A stretch of DNA of 64,000 nt from Candidatus Magasanikiibacteriota bacterium (GCA_014729395.1 WJJZ01000010.1:156544-220543), one strand, 5' to 3'; counted from the stretch's first letter, positions 45,722 through 55,320 are shown. Program-made: numbers and translations. The notes: generated by a model not told the origin, from the sequence alone.

Positions 45722-47191
45722 CTATTCAAATTCCATTCTAAATAATCTATCTAAAATCAAATCACTTTTAATAGTGTAAACTCCGGACTGCATTTTTGCA
45801 AGAGCGACTTCCGGTTCCGCATTTTTTATTGTTTTTTCAAATTTCAAATCTAAAACCAAATCATGTCCAATCGTACCCGATTGTTTTTGAACATAAATTG
45901 TGTACGAACCATTTTTTATTTGACCTTCTATCTTCTCCGGTAATTTGTAAGTAAAACTCAAAGTCTTGGTATCACCCGGCTCTATTGAAATAAAAGTTCC
46001 AAACCATTGCTTGCCCAATTCTTGACCCTGATCCACCTCACCCTCCTCTTCAGTTTTGTCGCCGGCCATTGATCCTTCCACATCCACTAATTCCGATCCC
46101 TGTGGTACAAAAATACGAGCATATGTCCTATATCTTGTAGTCCGCCAATCAAAACTTCCGGTATTTTCATAACGCATAGTCGCGTTAGCTATATATTCGC
46201 CTTCTTCATTTTTTTCAATCTCATACATTAATGTCCTCTCCATTGCATGATCAGTTTTCAATGCGGCCATATTGGCGTCCACCCACATGAGATAATCCCC
46301 GGCAACAGTTTTTTGTTCTCCTGACCAATCATGCTTGTTTATAATATTTTCAATATCTTTGTCAGTTGAATAAACCATAATATGACGCTGATCAGCGAGC
46401 CCACCAAAAGTTTCAATGTATGTTTTGTAATTATAAAAGAGATCTGATTTCATTTTATTCAAAATCGTGAGCATCAATGGTTTCATTATTTTTTTTCTAT
46501 CTTTCGGAGTAATTTCTTTTTCCAAAAAACCATATTCAACTTCGTATTCCAAAGTTTCTGTCACATTTTCCGAAGTAAATTCAATACCTTCCACTTCAAT
46601 TGGTCCGGTAAGGCGCAGCATTTCTTCGAGAACTGTTGGGGTAATTGCCACGACTGCATCTATTTCATTAGCTAGCTCTCCACCTTCTCCTTTATAAAAC
46701 TCCAAGGCTCTCCGCGCATTTACCATATAATCAGGCGACCAATTACTATCTCGAAAATACCATGTGTCCAGGCCCAAATACTTGGATATCGGTTCCGGTG
46801 GTTTTCTGTCCCAGGATTCAGGAGCTCGTCCATCCAAATTTTCCGTTCCTTCTACAACTATTAACTCCACCTCGCCTTTATCAGCCATCAGAACAGCGTA
46901 AGAACCTATAAAACCTCCACCCGGTCTTAATTCCGTGTTATTTTTAAATAAAACCAAGTATGTATATGGCTTACTATACCCTAAAAAGGTAGGCAGTAAA
47001 TTAAATAGTTCCTCTCCATCTTCATTCAAATTATCTCGTACTATTTCGCTCACAAAATTACTGTTAATGATCTCTTCAACTGTTAAATTAGTCAACCAAT
47101 TATATACAAATATACCAACGACTATCATAACAGCCGCAAAAGCAAAAATGGCTAACGGTAAAATACTTGGCTTTTTTATTTGAGAATTCAT
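45722..47191 (-). CDS. Hypothetical membrane-anchored extracytoplasmic protein (DUF4012-like)
   Basis: N-terminal TM; ELRPGGGFIGSY motif; 489 aa. Confidence 0.35.
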   Translation of the reverse strand: MNSQIKKPSILPLAIFAFAAVMIVVGIFVYNWLTNLTVEEIINSNFVSEIVRDNLNEDGEELFNLLPTFLGYSKPYTYLVLFKNNTELRPGGGFIGSYAVLMADKGEVELIVVEGTENLDGRAPESWDRKPPEPISKYLGLDTWYFRDSNWSPDYMVNARRALEFYKGEGGELANEIDAVVAITPTVLEEMLRLTGPIEVEGIEFTSENVTETLEYEVEYGFLEKEITPKDRKKIMKPLMLTILNKMKSDLFYNYKTYIETFGGLADQRHIMVYSTDKDIENIINKHDWSGEQKTVAGDYLMWVDANMAALKTDHAMERTLMYEIEKNEEGEYIANATMRYENTGSFDWRTTRYRTYARIFVPQGSELVDVEGSMAGDKTEEEGEVDQGQELGKQWFGTFISIEPGDTKTLSFTYKLPEKIEGQIKNGSYTIYVQKQSGTIGHDLVLDLKFEKTIKNAEPEVALAKMQSGVYTIKSDLILDRLFRMEFE

Positions 47192-47201
47192 ATATAAAAT
47201 A

Positions 47202-48710
47202 TTATTGACTATCCATTATTAATTCCTTGCGTTTTTTTTGTGATATATTAAAACCGAGATACTTACCAAACATCAAATGAGTGACGGCATCAATGGCCGG
47301 TATTGCGCTTAGAAGTATCAAAGAAATTGGTAATAATACCCATTGCAACAGCATGATTACATACTTGTGGCGCGGATACGATTTGGGTCGTTTTGGTAAG
47401 AGTGGAATACTAAGTAATGCTGACAAAAGCAAACCGGACATGGCCATAATCATCAGTGTCTCCAAAAGATGAGGAGCATTGAAAAAAAGAGCGCTTTGAG
47501 TAACTTGTTCAGGAGCTACCTCTAAAGGCAAACGGCCTACTATGGTAATAAGAAGTGCTACCAAACACCAAGACCATTTACCTTCCCATTCAATAAAAAT
47601 CCATTTTGCTTTTTTCCACCAAGGAATTAATTTACCTTTTTTCTTGAAATTCCAAAATAAATACGGAACATGTTCGACACCCCATGCCCAGCGTCTTTGT
47701 TGTTTATATAAATTCTTCAAACTCTTCCACCAATTATCATCTCTTACGGTATCCATTGAAACAGGTATATACATTGGTGCCACCTTGTAATCTCCATTAT
47801 ACGCCAAAAGGCACTGATAAAAAATACGTGAATCCTCACTTACGATTCTCTTTTCATGAAAACCGGCATCTACCAACGCGCGAAAGCTCATTGAATGAGA
47901 GGAAAAGGTTACCAGGGCATCTTGCCTGGCAAGAGAAGTCATCATCCAAAAGGTGGTACCAAAAGCCATGATACGTAAAACAGCCGGTGAATCCCACATA
48001 TTATTATTATAAAGAGCGATCGGCTGATATGATGTTCTGGTCGCTTTTGGGTTTGTGCAATATAAATATGTAAGATAAGAAAAATACTGTCTATGACATA
48101 CCGTATCAATATCAAAAATGGTGACAATAATATCATCGTAAGACCAATCCATTCGATCAATATATTTTTTTATTTGTTTTTCAGAATAATTCAAATTGGA
48201 GCCTTTCCCCGGGATCTCGTCAGGTAAATTTTGCGGATGTAGAGTAAATTTGATCTTGAAAAAGCAATTGTCAAATTCTTTTTTAACATTTTGAAATATT
48301 TTCCGACAGTGTTCCTCGTTTCTTTCTTCACCGGCTATTACGACAACAAATCTATCTCTTTGATAGGCGGCATCGCATACACTCTGCAGAGCCGCTTTAA
48401 CCACTGACCAATCTTCATTATATACCGTTAAAAAAACAACATGCATTTTCTTGTCCCAGTCGGTTAAATCATGACGCATTTTATCCTCCCAGTCGATCTT
48501 TTTAACATTCCTAAATCTTTTCCATGAGATAATAAGATAAAAAACAAAGTTTACAACCTTTAAAACCCAATATATATCAAACACTATAATAAAATAAATC
48601 ATCCACATCGGTTTTATAAAGGAAATTATTATACTTAAAATCAAAGTTAGCCAAATCGATAAACCCGGTAGTATTTCGTAAATTCTATATTTTTGATAAT
48701 CGGTTAACAT
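47202..48710 (-). CDS. Membrane-embedded family 2 glycosyltransferase (processive, cellulose/chitin-synthase-like)
   Basis: DxD (FDIDTV), Q(Q/R)xRW motif QQRRWAWG, N- and C-terminal TM helices. Confidence 0.8.
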   Translation of the reverse strand: MLTDYQKYRIYEILPGLSIWLTLILSIIISFIKPMWMIYFIIVFDIYWVLKVVNFVFYLIISWKRFRNVKKIDWEDKMRHDLTDWDKKMHVVFLTVYNEDWSVVKAALQSVCDAAYQRDRFVVVIAGEERNEEHCRKIFQNVKKEFDNCFFKIKFTLHPQNLPDEIPGKGSNLNYSEKQIKKYIDRMDWSYDDIIVTIFDIDTVCHRQYFSYLTYLYCTNPKATRTSYQPIALYNNNMWDSPAVLRIMAFGTTFWMMTSLARQDALVTFSSHSMSFRALVDAGFHEKRIVSEDSRIFYQCLLAYNGDYKVAPMYIPVSMDTVRDDNWWKSLKNLYKQQRRWAWGVEHVPYLFWNFKKKGKLIPWWKKAKWIFIEWEGKWSWCLVALLITIVGRLPLEVAPEQVTQSALFFNAPHLLETLMIMAMSGLLLSALLSIPLLPKRPKSYPRHKYVIMLLQWVLLPISLILLSAIPAIDAVTHLMFGKYLGFNISQKKRKELIMDSQ

Positions 48711-48804
48711 TAAAACAATATGTATATAATAATTAGACTATAATTATACTACAATTTAACAATAATTACTGTTTATAATTTACATAATTTCACCTAAATT
48801 ATTG

Positions 48805-49077
48805 TTATAATATTTCAAATCTTTTTTTAGACATGCTCGGTATTTCTTCCCAATGCTCTTCCACTCTTTCAACTTTCGCAAGCCGACTACCCAGCTTACA
48901 CCAATTAACCATTCTTTTCAAGCCTTCTTTTTCACCTTCAGCTTCTATCTCTACAGTCCCGTCAGATAAATTTTTTGCATAGCCGACAATACCTAATTCA
49001 TCCGCCATCTGTTTAGCACTATCCCTAAAAAAAACTCCCTGCACTTTTCCATATATTTTAAGTAAGACTTTAGTCAT
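48805..49077 (-). CDS. acyP: Acylphosphatase
   Basis: GKVQGVFFR phosphate-binding loop and GYAKN motif; 90 aa. Confidence 0.85.
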   Translation of the reverse strand: MTKVLLKIYGKVQGVFFRDSAKQMADELGIVGYAKNLSDGTVEIEAEGEKEGLKRMVNWCKLGSRLAKVERVEEHWEEIPSMSKKRFEIL

Positions 49078-49088
49078 AAAAACAATAA

Positions 49089-49484
49089 TTATCCAATATT
49101 TGGTTTACCACTATAGCTGGCTGATACATAGTTACTCTTTTCCGTATTATCAAATATTGATATCAGTTCAGGATAATTATCGACTATTTCAACATTCACG
49201 CCAATCACCTTTATCCCATGAACATAACAAAATACATTGGCAACCGTAGTAGCTATTCTTGTACTGGTAAAACTACCCTCCCCAACAACAACCGCTATTC
49301 CTTTAATTTGCTTCACCTTTACAAGGTTTTGAATAAAAAAAGTGTCCAATGACACAAGCAGGTCTCTATTTTTAGCATTATAATCTTCAGAAGTTATTTT
49401 TCCTTTTATATCAAAAAGCTTAAGTTTTATCTTATTGTTCTTTGATAAATCAATTAATAAATACATATTAGGCCATAATTTCAT
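49089..49484 (-). CDS. tsaB: TsaB (YeaZ)-like protein, N-terminal domain only
   Basis: GEGSFTSTRIATTVANVFCYVHGIKVIGV matches the TsaB GPGSFTGxRIG...G motif; only 131 aa. Confidence 0.5.
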   Translation of the reverse strand: MKLWPNMYLLIDLSKNNKIKLKLFDIKGKITSEDYNAKNRDLLVSLDTFFIQNLVKVKQIKGIAVVVGEGSFTSTRIATTVANVFCYVHGIKVIGVNVEIVDNYPELISIFDNTEKSNYVSASYSGKPNIG

Positions 49485-50067
49485 CGACCACCATCACATT
49501 TTCCGCTTCAAATAAAGCGTATAAAAATTTATCCATAACGTGACGCCTATCATAAAACTCCTGTTCGGTCATTGTCGTATATTTAATAGTAAAACCAAAA
49601 TCTTTTTCGTATTTGGAAATTACCCTACTGATACTTCTTTCTTTTAATTTACCGACAAGTAGTAAATCGCTAGGTGCCCGACTATCCCCTGAAAACTGCC
49701 CCGTTAGAAGGAAAAGCTTGATTATTCCGGCTTTCTTTCTCATCTCGTTTACAAATTTTTGTTCACCCAAAACTTGTGCCTTTAAAATTAATGATTGTAG
49801 TTCGGGATATAAAATCGCCTCTTTGTTTAATTTAAAATATTTACGAAGACTGGATCCAGCTTTTTCCTCCTTGCGTTTAACTTCGTCACTATCCACCTCC
49901 TTTATAAGTTCTATATTTTCGAGTGTCTCCAACTCGCGACGTACAGCATTTATTTGAAGGTCAAGCATTCTTGTTAACTCCCTCACATAAAAGCTCTTTT
50001 CTGAATCTTTCATAAAAGCTTTTAATACTTTCACCCGAGCTTTTGAACCAAAAAGATGTTCAAGCAT
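49468..50067 (-). CDS. Winged-helix DNA-binding protein, hypothetical regulator
   Basis: N-terminal HTH-like SFYVRELTRMLDLQINAVRRELETLE. Confidence 0.35.
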   Translation of the reverse strand: MLEHLFGSKARVKVLKAFMKDSEKSFYVRELTRMLDLQINAVRRELETLENIELIKEVDSDEVKRKEEKAGSSLRKYFKLNKEAILYPELQSLILKAQVLGEQKFVNEMRKKAGIIKLFLLTGQFSGDSRAPSDLLLVGKLKERSISRVISKYEKDFGFTIKYTTMTEQEFYDRRHVMDKFLYALFEAENVMVVDEIMA

Positions 50068-50226
50068 ATTTAATTATTATTACTAATTTTTATTGTATAT
50101 TTCCTAGACTTTATTTATGTTTAAATAATTTTAATTTTTTTCATTTTTATAGTATAATAATTTTACTTATCAAAGTCAAAATTCTATATTAACAATCTTT
50201 AATAAACCCGGCAGAAAATCAGCCAT

Positions 50227-52485
50227 ATGTACAAACCACCGGAAATACATGAATTTTTTGTTGAAGGAAGTGATTTAAAAAAATCTCATGTACTCCTACA
50301 TATCACAGAGCCGTCAAATGCTGAGGAGTTAAAAAAGGGTTATTTTTTTGCACTCACTGAAATTAATAATGGTTCCATTGAACAAATTGAGCACCTGCAA
50401 CAAATGATCGATGATCTTGAATCAGGCTATTATGAAACGGAATCTGAGGACAAAAAAGGCGCTTTTGAAATTACGCTTGAGTATATCAACAGACGCGGCC
50501 ATCGAATTTTAGAAAATGAAAAATCCACTATTCATTGCATAGTGGGTGTTTTGCATGAAAATAATATATCTTTTGCTTACCATGGAAAACCCAGTGCGGT
50601 TTTATTTTACTATGCACAGGAAAAAATAAAGAATCTGAATGTATTAAGTGATGAAGACGAAGATGATGCAGATAATGAACAACTCTTCTCTTCTGTGATG
50701 GAAGGAAGTCTAAAAACGGGAGATTTTTTTTATGTGGTTACACCACATGTCGATGATTATTTTGCTCATGAAAGAATTGCTAAAATTTTGGATAGCAGAA
50801 GCACCAGACAAAGTACTTCACATATTCAAAAAGTTTTAAAAGATATTAGAAATGACCTTTCATTTGGCGGAGTAGTCATAAAAGCTTCTGAAAAAGAAGA
50901 ACAAAGCAAAATACCAAACACACCGATAGACCGACAAGGCGGTCCAAACGAATCAATTGACCAAATGATTGAAACGAATGAAAAAACTGATGAAATATTA
51001 GGCTCTCCTTTAATATCGAAATTGAAAAAGAAGATAAAAAAAATCAATCAAAATAATAAAAACAAAAATAATAAAGAACAATATAACGATTCAAATAGGA
51101 AAGTATATTTTAGCAACTCAATGGAAACAAATTACAGGCCGCGAGAATTGGAAGTAAACAATAACTCAATCATCAACAGTATCCTGGTTGGATTGGGACG
51201 ATCGGTGGTATTGTTATGCATTGGTTTATACAAATCATTAATTTATGTACTTAAATTCACCGGTAAAACAATTCTGGCAATTATTTTAATAATAACCAAC
51301 AAAGGCAACCGCAGGCGTGAAATTATACTAGAGTTAAAAAAAGATTTTCAAAATAGAAAAAAATTTATCAAGAACTTACCACCCAGCAGTAAAATAATTT
51401 TTGTATTAACCGTCTTTCTAGTATTGTTTTTTGCGGGTAGTATTACATACAGCAGAATCCAAGAACAAGAAAAAATAAGAAATCAAAAATATAATGATCT
51501 TATAAGTCAAATTATTGAAAAAAAGGATTTGGCAGAAGCCAGTATATTATATAACGATAACAATAAGGCTTATTCTCTTTTGCAGGAAGCTAACGACCTG
51601 ATAAACCAACTCCCAATAGAAAACGAAGATGAACAGAAAAAAATCGAAGTAATCGAATTACAAAAACAAATGGAAAATATATCCAAGGAACTAAGAAAAG
51701 TGGAAAAAGTAGCCCCGGAAATTTTGGCTGATTTGAATACATTCTCAGCAAACGCAACAAAAATTGAATTAATAGATGAAAATATAATCGCTTATGGAGA
51801 AGAAGATAATAGCTTTTATAAAATTGACATTGACACAAAAAAAATAGAACAAAAGGATCACTCTACCATAACTAATTTGAAAACAGCCGCCGTTCCCAAA
51901 GAAAATGATAAAATTATTTTCGTCGCAGGAAAAAATGAAATTGCCGAATATAACAAGGAAACGAATACTATCTCAAAAAAAGAAATCAGTTTTATTGATC
52001 AGGATACAAGCATAGCTTCGATCTTTGTTTATAATCGCAGATTATATACACTGGCGCCGGAAAAGAATCAAATTTATAAACACGGACCGACTCTGGGTGG
52101 TTATGACAAAGGAAATAATTGGATTACGGATAGCAATATTAATATTGAAGACGGAATTTCATTTGCAATTGACGGGGATATATATGTTTTAAAAAACGAT
52201 GGAAAAATAACTAAATTATCAGCTGGACAAAAAGATAATTTTGAAATTTCTTACATTGATCCAAAGCTGGAAAATCCGACTAAAATTTGGACATATAACG
52301 GTGTAGAAAATCTATATATACTCGAGCCGAACAAACAAAGAATTGTGGTTTTGGATAAAAAAGGTAATCTGGTAAAACAATACAAATATGATGGTTGGCA
52401 AAATCCCAATGATATGATCATAGACACCATATCCGGCGTCATATATATTATTGATGCAAATAAAATATCGAAATTTAACTTATAA
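50227..52485 (+). CDS. Hypothetical large membrane protein (cytoplasmic N-domain, two TM regions, C-terminal beta-rich domain)
   Basis: 752 aa; no confident motif. Confidence 0.45.
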   Translation: MYKPPEIHEFFVEGSDLKKSHVLLHITEPSNAEELKKGYFFALTEINNGSIEQIEHLQQMIDDLESGYYETESEDKKGAFEITLEYINRRGHRILENEKSTIHCIVGVLHENNISFAYHGKPSAVLFYYAQEKIKNLNVLSDEDEDDADNEQLFSSVMEGSLKTGDFFYVVTPHVDDYFAHERIAKILDSRSTRQSTSHIQKVLKDIRNDLSFGGVVIKASEKEEQSKIPNTPIDRQGGPNESIDQMIETNEKTDEILGSPLISKLKKKIKKINQNNKNKNNKEQYNDSNRKVYFSNSMETNYRPRELEVNNNSIINSILVGLGRSVVLLCIGLYKSLIYVLKFTGKTILAIILIITNKGNRRREIILELKKDFQNRKKFIKNLPPSSKIIFVLTVFLVLFFAGSITYSRIQEQEKIRNQKYNDLISQIIEKKDLAEASILYNDNNKAYSLLQEANDLINQLPIENEDEQKKIEVIELQKQMENISKELRKVEKVAPEILADLNTFSANATKIELIDENIIAYGEEDNSFYKIDIDTKKIEQKDHSTITNLKTAAVPKENDKIIFVAGKNEIAEYNKETNTISKKEISFIDQDTSIASIFVYNRRLYTLAPEKNQIYKHGPTLGGYDKGNNWITDSNINIEDGISFAIDGDIYVLKNDGKITKLSAGQKDNFEISYIDPKLENPTKIWTYNGVENLYILEPNKQRIVVLDKKGNLVKQYKYDGWQNPNDMIIDTISGVIYIIDANKISKFNL

Positions 52486-52490
52486 AAAAT

Positions 52491-52691
52491 ATGCCCAGAA
52501 TTCAACCGGAAATACATAAAAACAACTACATACCCCCCGAAGAGATAGAAAAAATTAAAAAAGAGAAAAAAAAGCAAGATGAAGAAAAGCGAGGAGCCGA
52601 AGTAATAGCAACTTGGCATGATGAGGAGGACGATGAGGATGAAAGTAATGACGGAGTTGTAAAAATTGATATGAATGAAACAAAAAACTGA
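52491..52691 (+). CDS. Small charged hypothetical protein (66 aa)
   Basis: Starts 6 nt after the preceding stop; Lys/Glu/Asp-rich. Confidence 0.25.
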   Translation: MPRIQPEIHKNNYIPPEEIEKIKKEKKKQDEEKRGAEVIATWHDEEDDEDESNDGVVKIDMNETKN

Positions 52692-52716
52692 CCAATAAGG
52701 CCAGTTTTTGTTTAAC

Positions 52717-53262
52717 TTATTTTAATTCAACTTTTCCACCCGCTTCTTCAATCTTCTTTTTCATTTCTTCCGCTTCTTCTTTGGCTACATCTTCTTTTAC
52801 AGCTTTTGGAGCACCATCTACCAATGCTTTTGCGTCAGCCAATCCCAAACCGGTAATTTCTTTAACAGCCTTGATTACAGCTATTTTTGTGTCGCCAGCG
52901 TCTGTTAACTCAACAGTGAATTCAGTTTTTTCCTCTGCAGCGCCTTCACCACCGGCCTCAGCACCACCGGAGGCCATCATCATTGCCGGGGCGGCTGCGC
53001 TTACGCCAAATTTTTCTTCCAAAATTTTGACGAGCTCTGCTAAGTCTAGAACAGACATTTTTTCAATCTCTTCTACAAGAGATTTGAACTTAGCCGGAAC
53101 TTCAACCTCTTTACTCTCTTCTTTTGTTTCTTCAGCTACTTTAGTTTCAGCTTCAGGTTTTTTTTCTTCTTTAGAAGCTTCTTGTTTACCCTTCGCATCA
53201 GTCGAAGGAGTTTTTGTCTCCTTTTCCGCTTTTTCTTCAGCGGCTTTTTTTTCTTCTGCCAT
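52717..53262 (-). CDS. rplL: Ribosomal protein bL12 (L7/L12) with an about 50-aa Lys/Glu-rich N-terminal extension
   Basis: Canonical NTD ([23 protein letters not shown]), Ala/Gly hinge, CTD ([32 protein letters not shown]). Confidence 0.85.
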   Translation of the reverse strand: MAEEKKAAEEKAEKETKTPSTDAKGKQEASKEEKKPEAETKVAEETKEESKEVEVPAKFKSLVEEIEKMSVLDLAELVKILEEKFGVSAAAPAMMMASGGAEAGGEGAAEEKTEFTVELTDAGDTKIAVIKAVKEITGLGLADAKALVDGAPKAVKEDVAKEEAEEMKKKIEEAGGKVELK

Positions 53263-53348
53263 ATATTTTTTTAATATAAATTTATTAATTTAATTTCCCC
53301 ATTCTCCCTCCCCTTCACAAGGGGAGGTGCCCGAAGGGCGGAGGGGTT

Positions 53349-53870
53349 TTAAGCTTTATTTTCTTTTATACCGTTCAAAACATTTACCAAACCTCTCAAA
53401 TTACCGGCCAGTACATTTACAAAACCGGATACCGGTGCATTTATTGAACCAACAACCTTGGCATATAATTCTTCTTTACTAGGAAGTTTGGAAAGCTCCA
53501 GCACTTTAGCCTCATCAATGAAATCATTTTCCAAAATTCCACCAAATATTTTTACCACATCATGATCTTTGGCAAATTTTGCAATAAGCTGGGCAGGAGC
53601 AACCTCATCTTCTTTCCCAAGAAAAACTCCAACCCCACCTTCAAAAGCCTTGGTATCAACCTCCATTCCTACACTGTCCAACGCTCTTTTAAGTAATGTT
53701 TTTTTTGTTGCGGTACAATCCACATTTTGTTCCCGACAAATTCCGCGCAGCTCTTCCATTTCAGACACCTTTAGACCCTGAAAATTGGCAAACACGGTTG
53801 ATTTGGCTTGTTGCATGTCTTGAGTAAGGCTTTTTACAGCCTCTTCTTTTTGTACTCTGGTTTTAGCCAT
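53349..53870 (-). CDS. rplJ: Ribosomal protein uL10
   Basis: Typical L10 sequence and rplJ-rplL order; 173 aa. Confidence 0.85.
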   Translation of the reverse strand: MAKTRVQKEEAVKSLTQDMQQAKSTVFANFQGLKVSEMEELRGICREQNVDCTATKKTLLKRALDSVGMEVDTKAFEGGVGVFLGKEDEVAPAQLIAKFAKDHDVVKIFGGILENDFIDEAKVLELSKLPSKEELYAKVVGSINAPVSGFVNVLAGNLRGLVNVLNGIKENKA

Positions 53871-54228
53871 AATATATAATTTTAGGCTTATTTACAATAA
53901 AAAACTGTGGTTTTCACCACAGACCTTGAAGTTTCGATAAAAATCGACCTAGAAGACAAAAAATCTTCTTTCTACCTCGGTAGCGTATTTAATCCTTTTT
54001 TGGAAGCTACTGTCTGCGGTTTTTAGTGTTTACATAATAACAAAATTAAAAAATCATGTCAATACCTTGACAAATTAGCTAAAATGTGATAAAAATCAAT
54101 ATCTTTCGCCCTTTTCTATTACAAAATAAGGAGGATTGATGATATAAAGATAAAAATAATTTAACCGGCAGAAGGAAAGATCTTTCACCAACGTGACAAC
54201 TCCTTCTGTACAACAGAAGGAGAAAGTC

Positions 54229-54546
54229 ATGAAAGTGAAGGACAAGTGCGAAGAGTGCGGACGCTGGGTACCGGTCGACGAGATGGCCTACTGGGGACGG
54301 CCAACCTGCAAGGACTGCCTGACACTCTCCATGAGTACCACCACAGACATCTGCGGTGGTTGCGGGAAAGAATTCCCGGAGAGGATGCTCGTATGGGCTC
54401 GTTCTGCAGATGAGTTCCACATCTGCGGAGAGCTGTGTCGGATCGACGGCTGCTGCCTGCGTGTCTGTACCGGCTCGGGTCAATGGTTCTGCCCCCGGTG
54501 CCACCAAAAACACCGGGATGAACTCGAGGCTCGCACCCACTACTGA
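54229..54546 (+). CDS. Cysteine-rich (13 Cys, four CxxC pairs) small protein encoded in an about 60% GC island
   Basis: SD AAGGAGA 7 nt upstream of ATG 54229; CEECG, CKDC, CGGCG, CPRC motifs; strong terminator directly downstream; G/C-ending codon usage unlike the rest of the window. Confidence 0.5.
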   Translation: MKVKDKCEECGRWVPVDEMAYWGRPTCKDCLTLSMSTTTDICGGCGKEFPERMLVWARSADEFHICGELCRIDGCCLRVCTGSGQWFCPRCHQKHRDELEARTHY

Positions 54547-54555
54547 CACACTGCC

Positions 54556-54595
54556 CCGATTCCACCACAGGAATCGGGGTTTTTATTTTTTTTTA
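54556..54595 (+). terminator. Rho-independent terminator
   Basis: CCCCGATTCC-ACCACA-GGAATCGGGG hairpin followed by a long T-run. Confidence 0.7.
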
Positions 54596-54643
54596 TCATT
54601 CCAGCTTTTGACATACTGGATTTCCATGCTATACTTATATAGT

Positions 54644-54880
54644 ATGTCAGAAGAAATTTTAGACAAGATACTTACTAAAGTAGTCAACATCGAAGACAAG
54701 ATGGATAATCTTGCAACCAAGGAAGATTTACGAGTAGCCAAAGATGAAATTATAGGTGATGTTGATAGATTTGTAAAACTTCATGAAACCTTAGACCATG
54801 AACTTGTTGCTCTGCGTAATAAATATGACCGTTTGGAAGAACGCATCAAAAAACTGGAAACTGGAATGGTCAGTACTTAA
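54644..54880 (+). CDS. Small coiled-coil protein (78 aa), hypothetical
   Basis: AT-rich ORF MSEEILDKILTKVVNIEDKMDNLATKEDL...; TTGACA 54609-54614 and TATACT 54630-54635 only 8 nt upstream of the ATG (possibly leaderless); the ORF-track 174-aa version is an artefact of read-through of the GC island. Confidence 0.4.
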   Translation: MSEEILDKILTKVVNIEDKMDNLATKEDLRVAKDEIIGDVDRFVKLHETLDHELVALRNKYDRLEERIKKLETGMVST

Positions 54881-55042
54881 TTTATAATTTTAAAATCTGT
54901 AAATTTCTTAAATCAAGCATCAACTTGATTTTTTGAATTAATAAACAAAAGTTCTTGACTAAACAGACATAAATGTGTATAATTTTGAAAGTTCAAAGTC
55001 GTTTGTTAATTGTTAATTGTCAAGTTGTTAATTGTTGTAAAT

Positions 55043-55114
55043 GGCCCGTTCGTCTAGTGGTTAGGACTCCAGGTTTTCATCCTGGCAACAGGGGTTCGAT
55101 TCCCCTACGGGCTG
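55043..55114 (+). tRNA. tRNA-Glu (anticodon TTC)
   Basis: Acceptor GGCCCGT/ACGGGCT, D arm GTCT-AGTGGTTAGGAC, anticodon stem CCAGG/CCTGG with loop TTTTCAT, T arm AGGGG-TTCGATT-CCCCT, discriminator G. Confidence 0.8.
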
Positions 55115-55293
55115 CAAACGCAAAAGTGTCAACTACAGTTGGTACTTTTGTATTTGTGAATACCCTTGAGGGAATCGAACTGGGGATGGTAAGGGGCGTA
55201 GCCCCTTACTTGTGGAGGAAAGCCTACGAAAACCCGAAGGTTTTCGTGGGAGCGACTGAAAGGAGCGAGTGAGATTTCCCCTACGGGCTGCAA
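55115..55293 (+). other. Highly structured about 160-nt insert followed by a 19-nt repeat of the tRNA-Glu 3' end (GATTTCCCCTACGGGCTGCA)
   Basis: Three clean hairpins (CAAAAGT...ACTTTTG; GGGGCGTAGCCCC; CGAAAACCCGAAGGTTTTCG) and a duplicated tRNA 3' terminus. Confidence 0.55.
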
Positions 55294-55294
55294 A

Positions 55295-55320
55295 AAAAAG
55301 AGGTAATCAACCTCTTTTTA
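55295..55320. terminator. Bidirectional rho-independent terminator
   Basis: A8-AAGAGGT-AATCA-ACCTCTT-T5. Confidence 0.6.

Noticed and set aside
52781-53293. 170-aa Ala/Ser-rich ORF on the plus strand
   Set aside because: It is the antisense frame of the rplL gene (low-complexity A/E/K codons read backwards); spurious
54079-54880. Long ORFs on both strands (54079..54549 -, 54227..54568 -, 54356..54880 +) across the GC-rich island
   Set aside because: These are artefacts of high GC content (few stop codons). They lack start context, overlap each other, and the plus-strand ORF 54356..54880 reads through a strong terminator. Only the SD-preceded, terminator-followed Cys-rich ORF (54229..54546) and the AT-rich 78-aa ORF (54644..54880) were kept
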